DNA of 35,196 nt, from NCBI GenBank assembly GCA_964628955.1, contig CAZVMY010000002.1, positions 1 to 35,196 of the forward strand, given 5' to 3'. Of this stretch, positions 1 to 6,296 are shown piece by piece. The first letter of the stretch is position 1; each line of letters opens with the position of its first letter. A model generated the notes under the pieces. It saw only the letters and a list, made by a program, of their open reading frames with translations. It did not search any database and had not been told where the DNA came from. The translations under genes and the position numbers were made by a program. The DNA comes from an uncultured Methylocystis sp. Its GTDB lineage: Bacteria; Pseudomonadota; Alphaproteobacteria; Rhizobiales; Beijerinckiaceae.

Positions 1-62
1 ACCTGATCCCTGACCTGATCCCAGACCTGATCCCCGACCTGATCCCTGACCTGATTCCTGAC
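1..62. repeat. 12-bp tandem repeat GACCTGATCCCN, about 5 units. This is the left part of a junction-spanning array.
   Basis: Direct reading: acctgatccctg acctgatcccag acctgatccccg acctgatccctg acctgattcctg. The array lies in frame within a minus-strand CDS. Confidence 0.95.
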
Positions 63-317
63 CGCCGGCGCCTTCTTCATAACAGCATTTAGCATGTATG
101 CTGCCATCGCGCCATGCAACGGTGAGTTCATCCAAACGATGATCTTTGGTGGATCAAGTCCAGCAACGGTATATGCTGCGCGAACAGCGGCTTCGGCGCG
201 TGGGCGGTCTGCCGGCTCCGTCGACAGGCCGAATGCCAGAAACCGGTCACGAATGATCGGGATCATGGCTGCCTGTTCGGCCGTCAACGTCGTGATGCGC
301 GGGTCAGTCGAGGACAC
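1..317 (-). CDS. N-terminal part of the junction-spanning repeat protein. The full gene is 34401..35142 joined to 1..317, about 352 aa. It looks like the DUF6745 family; the family number is from memory.
   Basis: The frame is open from GTG at 317, which is preceded by GGGGAGG with 6-nt spacing; an alternative in-frame ATG lies at 335. Translation: VSSTDPRITTLTAEQAAMIPIIRDRFLAFGLSTEPADRPRAEAAVRAAYTVAGLDPPKIIVWMNSPLHGAMAAYMLNAVMKKAPAV, followed by (R/W/G)DQV repeats running off the left edge. The codon phase matches the ORF entering from the right edge. The ORF is absent from the track because it crosses the window edge. Confidence 0.75.
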   Translation of the reverse strand, partial: MSSTDPRITTLTAEQAAMIPIIRDRFLAFGLSTEPADRPRAEAAVRAAYTVAGLDPPKIIVWMNSPLHGAMAAYMLNAVMKKAPAVRNQVRDQVGDQVWDQVRDQ

Positions 318-660
318 GGCGCGCCTCCCCGGCATCGTATTCGCGCTGGGCGCGGACGCGGTACGTGCCGGCGGGCAGCACGATCGGATCGTGTTCCTCG
401 TGCAGCAGGGCTGCGGCCGCCCCTGCGATCTTGATGTGGCCGAGATACAGATCGGATGGCACGTCGCGCGCGAGCCCGTCGTCCCGAAACATCACCACGC
501 CGCCGCTATCGCCCGTGAAGCGATGGCGATGGCCGGTGACCTCGCCTTCGGCGAGGACGACACTGCCGTCGGCGTGCGGCGGGACCAGCTGGCCGGAAGG
601 CGCCGCCACGTCGGCCACGCGCTCCAGAAGCACGTCGCCCTGCAGGTAGAATTCCATCAT
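304..660 (-). CDS. Conserved small phage protein of unknown function, with QGDVLL and GEVTGHRH motifs. A beta-barrel or cupin-like fold is a guess.
   Basis: 118-aa ORF with GGAGA 7 nt upstream of the ATG. It is the second gene of the early minus-strand operon. The motif pattern recurs in phage hypothetical proteins, from memory. Confidence 0.8.
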   Translation of the reverse strand: MMEFYLQGDVLLERVADVAAPSGQLVPPHADGSVVLAEGEVTGHRHRFTGDSGGVVMFRDDGLARDVPSDLYLGHIKIAGAAAALLHEEHDPIVLPAGTYRVRAQREYDAGEARRVLD

Positions 661-690
661 CGGTCGTCTCCACTGTATTGACGCCGCGGA

Positions 691-933
691 CTATTCCGCG
701 GCCTCCCGCAAGGGCAGCGCTGAAAGCCCGTCCAGATAGGCGCGCATGGCGTCTTCTTCGGCGTGCAGCGCCCGGTCGAGTGCGGCGAGCGTCGACGCGC
801 GAGGATCGTTCACGCCCGTCAGAACCTTGCGCACGTTGTCCTCGTCGAGGCCGGCGCGTTCTGCCAGCGCCTTCACGGGCAGGCGGAGCGCGTCCTTTCG
901 TGCTCGCAGCGCGTGTCCGGTCATGCCCATCAT
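691..933 (-). CDS. Cro/XRE-like HTH regulator, first gene of the early lytic operon.
   Basis: MMGMTGHALRARKDALRLPVKALAERAGLDEDNVRKVLTG fits an HTH pattern. The gene is divergent from the CI-like gene across a 71-bp region containing a perfect palindrome. The start was chosen at the ATG cluster 924..933 rather than the track start at 1005. Confidence 0.7.
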   Translation of the reverse strand: MMGMTGHALRARKDALRLPVKALAERAGLDEDNVRKVLTGVNDPRASTLAALDRALHAEEDAMRAYLDGLSALPLREAAE

Positions 934-955
934 CGTGTTGCTAACCTGTTGATAA

Positions 956-969
956 CTGCATATATGCAG
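956..969. promoter_or_regulatory. Candidate operator: perfect 14-bp palindrome CTGCATATATGCAG in the cro/cI divergent intergenic region.
   Basis: Read directly. It lies between the divergent HTH regulator genes. A related site, CTGCATTATTGCAG, is at 2009..2022. Confidence 0.55.
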
Positions 970-1004
970 ACGTGCATCTGATTTTCGGGCGGCCGTCAAC
1001 TGCA

Positions 1005-1727
1005 ATGTTCACTGCTGCCGTCACCTGTCCACAGGGCCATAGTCACGCCGGCGTTCGTGCCGATCGGGGGCGGCTTTTGGCCAAGGCGGACACGGCGAAG
1101 CCGGCGCGCAGCGCCGCGCAGCAGGCCATCCAGGATGCGCAGCGGGCCTGGCTCGCCGAGGTGGTGCAGCAAACCGGCCTCTCGCCGACGCAGCTCGCGC
1201 GTCGCGTCGGCGTGTCCGACACGACGCTCTCCCGCTTCCTGAACAACGTCGACTATCGCGGGGTCCTGAACCCGCTGACCGTGCAGCAGATCAGCGAGTT
1301 CGCGGGCGTGGCCGGACCAGGCGCCGCGCTGGCACCCGACACGACCGGAAGCGTCAGGAGCTTCCGCGAGGAGGGTCGGCCCTTCCTGGCCGAACCGGGA
1401 GACCCGCGTCAGCGCGCGGTCGAGGCGCTGATCGGCGGGCGCAAGAGCGCGTTCGCCTGGGTCATGCGCACGGATATCCTCGCGCTGGCCGGCGTCCGGT
1501 CCGGCGACGTCCTGATCGTCGACCAGGCCGTGCCGGCGCACGACGGCGACGTCGTCTGCGCGCAGATCGAGCGAGGCCTCGGCGCCACCACGGTCTTCCG
1601 CATCTACCAGGCGCCGAACCTCGTGGCGGCCGCGTTCGATGCCCTGGCGGCGCGACCGGAGCCGGTCGACGGCCGCCGCGTTCGGATTGCTGGCGTGATG
1701 ACCGACCTCGTCCGGGGTCGGACATGA
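1005..1727 (+). CDS. CI-like repressor with an N-terminal HTH and a C-terminal LexA/S24-like domain whose catalytic residues appear degenerate.
   Basis: The HTH is GLSPTQLARRVGVSDTTLSRFLNN. The C-terminal segment FAWVMRTDILALAGVRSGDVLIVD...GDVVCAQI...TTVFRIY...RIAGVMTDLV follows the S24 topology. The start is uncertain: GTG at 972 or ATG at 1005. Confidence 0.8.
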   Translation: MFTAAVTCPQGHSHAGVRADRGRLLAKADTAKPARSAAQQAIQDAQRAWLAEVVQQTGLSPTQLARRVGVSDTTLSRFLNNVDYRGVLNPLTVQQISEFAGVAGPGAALAPDTTGSVRSFREEGRPFLAEPGDPRQRAVEALIGGRKSAFAWVMRTDILALAGVRSGDVLIVDQAVPAHDGDVVCAQIERGLGATTVFRIYQAPNLVAAAFDALAARPEPVDGRRVRIAGVMTDLVRGRT

Positions 1728-1999
1728 CCGAAGATGTGCTGGCCGTCTTCGCCGGCGGCGGCGTCATGCTCGCCATCGCGGCCGCCGCCTCGAGGCTGTC
1801 GGACCGGCCGGGCGAAGCGCTCGGCCGCGGCGCCTTCACACTCGCGATCGGCACGGCGGTGCTGGCCCTCGCCGACCTCGACATCTGGCGCCGGGGCAGC
1901 GGCACGCTCCGCTTTCTCGCGATCATCGGCGTGTTCACGGTCAGCTACGGCTTCACGCTCGTCGTCCAGTGGTCGATCGACCGGATGCGAGGCCGTTAA
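1724..1999 (+). CDS. Small integral membrane protein with 2-3 predicted TM helices, translationally coupled to the repressor gene.
   Basis: ATGA overlap with the cI stop at 1724..1727. Hydrophobic stretches are VLAVFAGGGVMLAIAAAA, AFTLAIGTAVLALA and FLAIIGVFTVSYGFTLVV. Confidence 0.65.
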   Translation: MTEDVLAVFAGGGVMLAIAAAASRLSDRPGEALGRGAFTLAIGTAVLALADLDIWRRGSGTLRFLAIIGVFTVSYGFTLVVQWSIDRMRGR

Positions 2000-2008
2000 A
2001 AACGATAC

Positions 2009-2022
2009 CTGCATTATTGCAG
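2009..2022. promoter_or_regulatory. Candidate operator CTGCATTATTGCAG upstream of the xis-like/int operon, with additional CTGCA half-sites at 2031 and 2054.
   Basis: Read directly. It has the same half-sites (CTGCA / TGCAG, 4-bp spacer) as the palindrome at 956..969. It lies in the 75-bp gap before the gene at 2075. Confidence 0.5.
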
Positions 2023-2074
2023 ATTGAAATCTGCATGATACAAAGGTTCTGTCCTGCAATGACGGAGCCGCTTC

Positions 2075-2356
2075 ATGCACACCTGCCTGACCTATGACAT
2101 CACCGAGCTGGCCGAAGCGTTGGGCATGGCGCCCGTCACGGTCCGCCGCCGCTTCCGCGACTGGATCGCGGACTGCGACTTCCCCCGGCCGCTGCCGATC
2201 GGTCTCTTGTGGTCGCGCGCCGCCGTCCACGCCTGGGTCGAGGGCCAGTTGGCGACCCCGGCCGCCGCCAACGACGCCTCGCCGATCCACGACGTCGTCG
2301 CCGCCCACAACCTCCGCCTCGTCTCCCGCTACGCCGCCCCGACGGTGACGCCATGA
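2075..2356 (+). CDS. AlpA/excisionase-type HTH DNA-binding protein (Xis candidate).
   Basis: YDITELAEALGMAPVTVRRRFRDWIADCDFPRPLPIGLLWSRAAVHAWVEG matches the HTH_17/AlpA pattern. It lies upstream of the integrase in the same orientation. Confidence 0.7.
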   Translation: MHTCLTYDITELAEALGMAPVTVRRRFRDWIADCDFPRPLPIGLLWSRAAVHAWVEGQLATPAAANDASPIHDVVAAHNLRLVSRYAAPTVTP

Positions 2357-2550
2357 CCGAGCGTGATCGCCTGGCGGAGGTTCTGCGCGGGGTCCGTACG
2401 CTTCTCGAGTGCATGGACCGTGACATCGGGCAGGTCGAGGACCTGATCGCACGCCATCGTGCGACGCTCGATCAGGTCGATCGACGCCTGTCGGAGATCG
2501 GACGTGAGCCGGCTCCGCGCCGGGTCGAACCCGGCTACGCGGAGGCGTGA
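2353..2550 (+). CDS. Small coiled-coil hypothetical protein (65 aa).
   Basis: ATGA overlap with the upstream stop and TGATG coupling to the downstream gene. No recognisable domain. Confidence 0.5.
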   Translation: MTERDRLAEVLRGVRTLLECMDRDIGQVEDLIARHRATLDQVDRRLSEIGREPAPRRVEPGYAEA

Positions 2551-2852
2551 TGCGGCACGATCTGCGGATTGCGCTCTGCGTCATGGCTGCGGAGCGCGGC
2601 CGCTGGCGGCGCCAGGGTCTGAGCCTCGACTTCGTCAGCGGCGCCGGCCGCGTCCCGATCGGCGCCGTGGTTCGGCTGCACCGGCTCAACCTCGCCCATG
2701 TCTATCGGCCGCGGCGCGACGGCGAGCTCGTGGCGGTCCTCACGACGGCGGGCCGGCACGCCGCGGCGCGGTTGGCGCCACTGTTGCCTGCCGAAACGCC
2801 CCGCACCATCATCGACCGCGTCGCGCCGGAGCCCGACTGCGACGTCGCATAG
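2550..2852 (+). CDS. Hypothetical protein (about 100 aa).
   Basis: Translationally coupled ORF between the xis-like gene and the integrase. No recognisable domain. Confidence 0.5.
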   Translation: MRHDLRIALCVMAAERGRWRRQGLSLDFVSGAGRVPIGAVVRLHRLNLAHVYRPRRDGELVAVLTTAGRHAAARLAPLLPAETPRTIIDRVAPEPDCDVA

Positions 2853-2873
2853 TGCCGCAGGACGGGGGTCCTC

Positions 2874-4154
2874 ATGACGAAGTCGATCAGCATCCGCCAC
2901 GTCTCGTGGCGCGACGGGCGGCCACGGATCACGCCGGGGCCGAAGATGCGCAAGCTCGGCTTCCAGTCGCGCGACCTCAAGCGCCCCGATGGTACATGGA
3001 TGAACGCTGGCGAGGCGCTGGCGGCGTCGCAGGCCCTCGACAGGGAGCTGGCGGCCCGCCGCGCCGCGATCGCCGCCGGCGGGCGCCTGAAGCCCCTGCC
3101 GCGCGGTCGCGCCATCACCATCGAGCATCTGTTCGAATTGTACTTGCGCGCGATCGGCCGTGCCGCCGTCACGGTCGGTAAGCGCAAGGAGCGTGGGCTC
3201 GCGCCGGCGACCATCCGCGACTACCGGCACAAGGCGCGCGTCATCGAACGGCACGACGTCGAGCTTTGGCAGTCGCCGGTCATGGCGCTGTCCCGCCCGA
3301 TCCTGATCGGCCTGTTCGAGCAGCTGTGGGAGGGCTACGGGCTCGCCTCCGCGCGCGGCGCCATGGCGACGCTCTCGGCCGCCATCACCTGGGGCATGGA
3401 CAAAGGCGAGCTTACCTTCACCCACAACCCCGCGCACCGGCTCGGCATGACGATGCCGACGCCGCGGCTCCGCGCCGCGACGCCGGCCGAGATCACGCAC
3501 CTCGTCGCGGCCGCCGACGCGCTCGGCCGCCACGACGTCGGCGACCTGATCGTGCTGGGCGTCTGGACCGGCCAGCGCCAGGCCGACCGCCTGAACCTCG
3601 TCGACCGCGGCCTCGTCGATCGCCGACGCGTGTTCGTGCAGCAGAAGACCCGGGCGATCGTCGCGATCCCCGAGACCGCGCAGCTGGCGGCCCGCCTGAC
3701 CGCCATGCGGGAGCGCCGCGCGGCGATGACGGTGGAATGGCCGCAAGCCTGCGTCTCCGAGGCGACGAACGTTCCATGGACCGGGAACCATTACCGCCAC
3801 GTGTTCGCCCGCGTCCGCGCCGCCGCCGCCGCGGGCATAGTAGAGCTCGACGGCGTGCGGATCGTCGTGCCGACGAAACCCGACGCCGGTCTCCGGAAGC
3901 GGCTGGCCGGCGCCACCTGGTTGATCCGGCCGCTCCCGTCGATCGCCGATCTGACCGATCAGGATCTGCGCGACACCTCGGTCACCTGGCTCGCCCGCGC
4001 CGGCTGCTCACTGCCCGAGATCGGCGCGATCACCGGCCACAGCCTGGCCTCGATCCATCAGATCATGCGCCACTACCTCGCCGCACACCCCGAGCTCGCC
4101 GACAACGCGATCGCGAAGCTCGTCACCTGGTACGAGAAGGAGACGTCGGCATGA
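2874..4154 (+). CDS. int: Tyrosine recombinase (phage integrase).
   Basis: Catalytic-domain signatures are WTGQRQADRLNL (box I Arg), HDLRDTSVTWLARAG (H-x-x-R) and ITGHSLASIHQIMRHYL (His and the nucleophile Tyr). It is adjacent to a tRNA-derived att core. Confidence 0.92.
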   Translation: MTKSISIRHVSWRDGRPRITPGPKMRKLGFQSRDLKRPDGTWMNAGEALAASQALDRELAARRAAIAAGGRLKPLPRGRAITIEHLFELYLRAIGRAAVTVGKRKERGLAPATIRDYRHKARVIERHDVELWQSPVMALSRPILIGLFEQLWEGYGLASARGAMATLSAAITWGMDKGELTFTHNPAHRLGMTMPTPRLRAATPAEITHLVAAADALGRHDVGDLIVLGVWTGQRQADRLNLVDRGLVDRRRVFVQQKTRAIVAIPETAQLAARLTAMRERRAAMTVEWPQACVSEATNVPWTGNHYRHVFARVRAAAAAGIVELDGVRIVVPTKPDAGLRKRLAGATWLIRPLPSIADLTDQDLRDTSVTWLARAGCSLPEIGAITGHSLASIHQIMRHYLAAHPELADNAIAKLVTWYEKETSA

Positions 4155-4378
4155 AGGTGCCAGTGTGCGCGCGATGCGGTCGCCCGGTCGAACGGTTCTT
4201 CCGAACCTGCAACGCCGGTCAGCGCTGGTGGCGGTTCATCGCTGAATGCCACGGCGATCGCCAGTCGGTCGTGATCGACGAGGAAGCGATCGTCGACGGG
4301 CAGGTCAGCCTCACGCTTGTCGAAGCTTTCAGCCATGCTGTCGCGATCGTCGCTGATCGCAGCGAGAACATCGTGTGA
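4151..4378 (+). CDS. Small hypothetical protein (75 aa) with an N-terminal CxxC.
   Basis: ATGA overlap with the int stop. Begins MKVPVCARCGRPVERFFRTCN. No other recognisable domain. Confidence 0.5.
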   Translation: MKVPVCARCGRPVERFFRTCNAGQRWWRFIAECHGDRQSVVIDEEAIVDGQVSLTLVEAFSHAVAIVADRSENIV

Positions 4379-4416
4379 CCGTGTGACCATCTGCGGTGGT
4401 CACACGCGGGTCACAC
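4373..4416. repeat. Two direct plus two inverted copies of the 8-mer GTGTGACC/GGTCACAC. These could be integrase or Xis arm-type sites, or a hairpin.
   Basis: GTGTGACC at 4373 and 4381; GGTCACAC at 4398 and 4409. The cluster lies between the int operon and the att core. Confidence 0.6.
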
Positions 4417-4477
4417 GTTCCACCCCCGTTCCGCCGCCGCTTTTGCCCGAAGGCGTTGATTTCACAAAGGGAAAGCT

Positions 4478-4522
4478 TGGTGAGCTCGGTGGGATTCGAA
4501 CCCACGACCCCATGATTAAAAG
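4478..4522 (-). other. attP core candidate: the 3' 45 nt of a tRNA-Lys(UUU) gene, from the anticodon loop through CCA. It is not a complete tRNA.
   Basis: The minus strand reads CTTTTAA TCATG GGGTC GTGGG TTCGAAT CCCAC CGAGCTC A CCA. That is the anticodon loop, 3' anticodon stem, variable loop, T arm, 3' acceptor strand, discriminator base and CCA. The upstream sequence lacks the matching 5' acceptor strand (GAGCTCG) and the 5' anticodon stem. Confidence 0.75.
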
Positions 4523-4590
4523 TTACAATCGACGCTAATGATTTCAATTATTTAGGATTGAGCGACGGGTAACGGTCGCACGATCTGCGA

Positions 4591-4866
4591 TCATTTGGGG
4601 CCGATCTGCATCGACAGCATCTTGTAGATCGTGGCGCCGAGCGCGCCAGCGACGAACAGCATTCCGCCGATCGCCCACCAGGCCCCGCGAGCCTTGTTCA
4701 GGAGGTCGAACACCTCCTTCATCTGTTTGGTCATGGCCGCGCGTTCGAGTGCGGCCTTGTCGGCCGCCTCCTTGGCTTCGATGCGATGAGCTGCGAGCAT
4801 GTCGCGCAGGTGGCTCATGTCGCGCTCCACGGCCGACAGCCGTTCGCCGATCGGCTGCGCCATCAC
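4591..4866 (-). CDS. Tail-anchored membrane protein with a coiled-coil N-terminus and one C-terminal TM helix. Putative holin or lysis regulator.
   Basis: ATGA coupling to the o-spanin stop. The TM segment is AWWAIGGMLFVAGALGATIY. It is the last gene of the late operon. Confidence 0.6.
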   Translation of the reverse strand: MMAQPIGERLSAVERDMSHLRDMLAAHRIEAKEAADKAALERAAMTKQMKEVFDLLNKARGAWWAIGGMLFVAGALGATIYKMLSMQIGPK

Positions 4867-5081
4867 ATCATGCTCCCGCGCGGCTGCGGTGGCTTCCAGC
4901 CGCAGAGCCTCTCGCCGGTGCGATTGTGCGCAAGAAATTGCCGCGCAGTGGTCGGCGTCAGGCTGTCCGCGGTCTCGATGGTGAGTGGCCGCGCGACCGC
5001 GCAGAACTCAGCGGCGGTCACGCAGCCACCTGTCGAGCTGGCGACCAACAGCAGGATCGTCCATCGCATCGATTTCCGCAT
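4863..5081 (-). CDS. Outer-membrane lipoprotein spanin (o-spanin, Rz1-like).
   Basis: Signal peptide plus lipobox-like MRKSMRWTILLLVASSTGGC. The start is embedded in the 3' end of the i-spanin gene, which is the overlapped spanin architecture. The C-terminus is Pro-rich. Confidence 0.7.
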   Translation of the reverse strand: MRKSMRWTILLLVASSTGGCVTAAEFCAVARPLTIETADSLTPTTARQFLAHNRTGERLCGWKPPQPRGSMM

Positions 5082-5259
5082 CTGCCTTCCTCCGGACTTC
5101 GATCGCGCGACGGCGCTCGCGTTCCTGTTCGTCCTTCATCGCGGCGATGCCGTCGCGCCGACCCTTCAGCCATATCGCGGCGAGCGCTGCCAGCATGACG
5201 CCGAGGCCGGCGAACCAGCCCGAAGCGCGACCCCACAGCGCGGACAGGATGGCGCTCAT
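5008..5259 (-). CDS. Inner-membrane spanin (i-spanin, Rz-like), 83 aa.
   Basis: N-terminal TM helix WFAGLGVMLAALAAIW followed by a charged coiled coil. The ATG at 5259 overlaps the endolysin stop. Only the last 84 codons of the track ORF 5008..5802 are used. Confidence 0.7.
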   Translation of the reverse strand: MSAILSALWGRASGWFAGLGVMLAALAAIWLKGRRDGIAAMKDEQERERRRAIEVRRKADAEIDAMDDPAVGRQLDRWLRDRR

Positions 5260-6089
5260 ATACCGTACCGCCGCGACTTCTTGACGCGCTCGGCGATCGT
5301 CCAGAGGCCGAAGCCGAGCACGGCGCCAGCGGTCAGGACGGCGGCGACGCGCCAGTCGAGATCGGCGACGGCGGTGCCGATCGGCGTGACGATCGCAGTG
5401 ACGATGCCGCCGACCTGCGCCCAGATCGTAGTGCTCAAGCCCGCCGGCTTGCCGGTCGTGACGGGCGCGTCGTCGGGTTCGGTAGCGGGCATGGCTGCGT
5501 CCACCTCTGCCGCGCGGCTGCGACCATGGGCTTGCACGAGGGCCGCGTAGAACTGCGTCGCCAGATCGGCGATCGCGCGCGCCCGGTCGGTGCCGTTCAC
5601 GATCCGCCGCGCCCCGACGAAGTCGTAGACGACGCCGTCGGCGATGTAATCGTCGAGACGCTTGCCGGTAAACCAGCCGCCGATCATGCCGGCGATCAGG
5701 ATCGCCACCGACGTCGCGGGGTCGAGCGCCAGATCGTAGTCGGCGATCAGACGGCCGCCGAGCCCGAGCTCGCGATCGGCGCGCTCGTAGTTGCGATCCC
5801 ACGTCAGCTGCACCAGGCCGCGACCGTAGGCCACCTGCCGATGGTTGCTACCGGACTTGCCGTACGGCTTGCCCTTGCCGCGCCCGATTTCGCGGACGGG
5901 CTGCATCGTGTGGGCGGTCTCCCACTTCGCGGTGGCGAACACATAGGCGAGCTGGGCGAGAGGCCGGTCGGCATGATGCTCCTGCCAGTAGTCGAGGATG
6001 CGGGTCATGCCGTCGACCTGCGCCTGGCCGAGGCGGCCGCCGAACGCGCCGTCACGTACGAGCCGGAAGAACAGCGCGCGGTCCATCAC
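5256..6089 (-). CDS. Endolysin: GH19-like lysozyme domain fused to two C-terminal transmembrane helices.
   Basis: FATAKWETAHTMQPVREIG...YGRGLVQLTWDRNY...GGWFTG resembles the GH19 muramidase/chitinase signature. The C-terminal stretches IWAQVGGIVTAIVTPIGTAV and VAAVLTAGAVLGFGLWTI are hydrophobic. Confidence 0.85.
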   Translation of the reverse strand: MMDRALFFRLVRDGAFGGRLGQAQVDGMTRILDYWQEHHADRPLAQLAYVFATAKWETAHTMQPVREIGRGKGKPYGKSGSNHRQVAYGRGLVQLTWDRNYERADRELGLGGRLIADYDLALDPATSVAILIAGMIGGWFTGKRLDDYIADGVVYDFVGARRIVNGTDRARAIADLATQFYAALVQAHGRSRAAEVDAAMPATEPDDAPVTTGKPAGLSTTIWAQVGGIVTAIVTPIGTAVADLDWRVAAVLTAGAVLGFGLWTIAERVKKSRRYGI

Positions 6090-6283
6090 GCGTCACCGCT
6101 CGGCATGACGGCGCCGTCCGGCCGGAGCGTCCAGCCGGGCATGGCGTCGGCGCTTTCGGCGATCCGCTCGCCCTCCTCGAGGAACGAGGCCAGATCTTCC
6201 CGGGAAATCCCCTTGTGCGCGCGAACGAAGCGGCCGGCCGCGTCGAACACGCACAACCGCAGCGCCGAATAATCGATGTCCAT
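6086..6283 (-). CDS. Small hypothetical protein (65 aa), with no TM helix.
   Basis: ATGA coupling to the endolysin start. No recognisable domain. Confidence 0.5.
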   Translation of the reverse strand: MDIDYSALRLCVFDAAGRFVRAHKGISREDLASFLEEGERIAESADAMPGWTLRPDGAVMPSGDA

Positions 6284-6296
6284 GCCGTCGCTCTCC

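Noticed and set aside
1-92. Plus-strand reading of the terminal repeat as (DLIP)n ending at TAG 90..92, and the track ORF 94..681 (+).
   Set aside because: The plus frame is open only as the mirror of the minus-strand gene and has no convincing start or flanking domains. The minus frame links two conserved flanking domains in phase across the junction, and it has a Shine-Dalgarno sequence plus a GTG start.
1604-3800. Long minus-strand ORFs 1604..2689 (361 aa) and 2535..3800 (421 aa), and the other overlapping ORFs in the lysogeny region.
   Set aside because: They are antisense to the CI-like, AlpA-like and integrase genes, which have unambiguous motifs. Their translations are Arg/Pro/Gly-rich with no motifs.
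4478-4553. A complete tRNA gene on the minus strand.
   Set aside because: Only the 3' portion, from the anticodon loop to CCA, fits a cloverleaf. The sequence where the 5' acceptor strand, D arm and 5' anticodon stem should be (AATAATTGAAATCATTAGCGTCGATTGTAA) cannot pair with the 3' strands. It is interpreted as an attP core instead.
4562-4579. An intrinsic terminator for the late operon: hairpin GCGAC-N8-GTCGC just downstream of the last late gene.
   Set aside because: The stem is only 5 bp and no U-tract follows on the minus strand. This is too weak to call.
5008-5802. The 264-aa minus-strand ORF overlapping the endolysin gene.
   Set aside because: Only the last 83 codons, from ATG 5259, give a sensible protein: a TM helix plus coiled coil, i.e. 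an i-spanin. The upstream part is an Arg-rich alternative frame of the endolysin gene.
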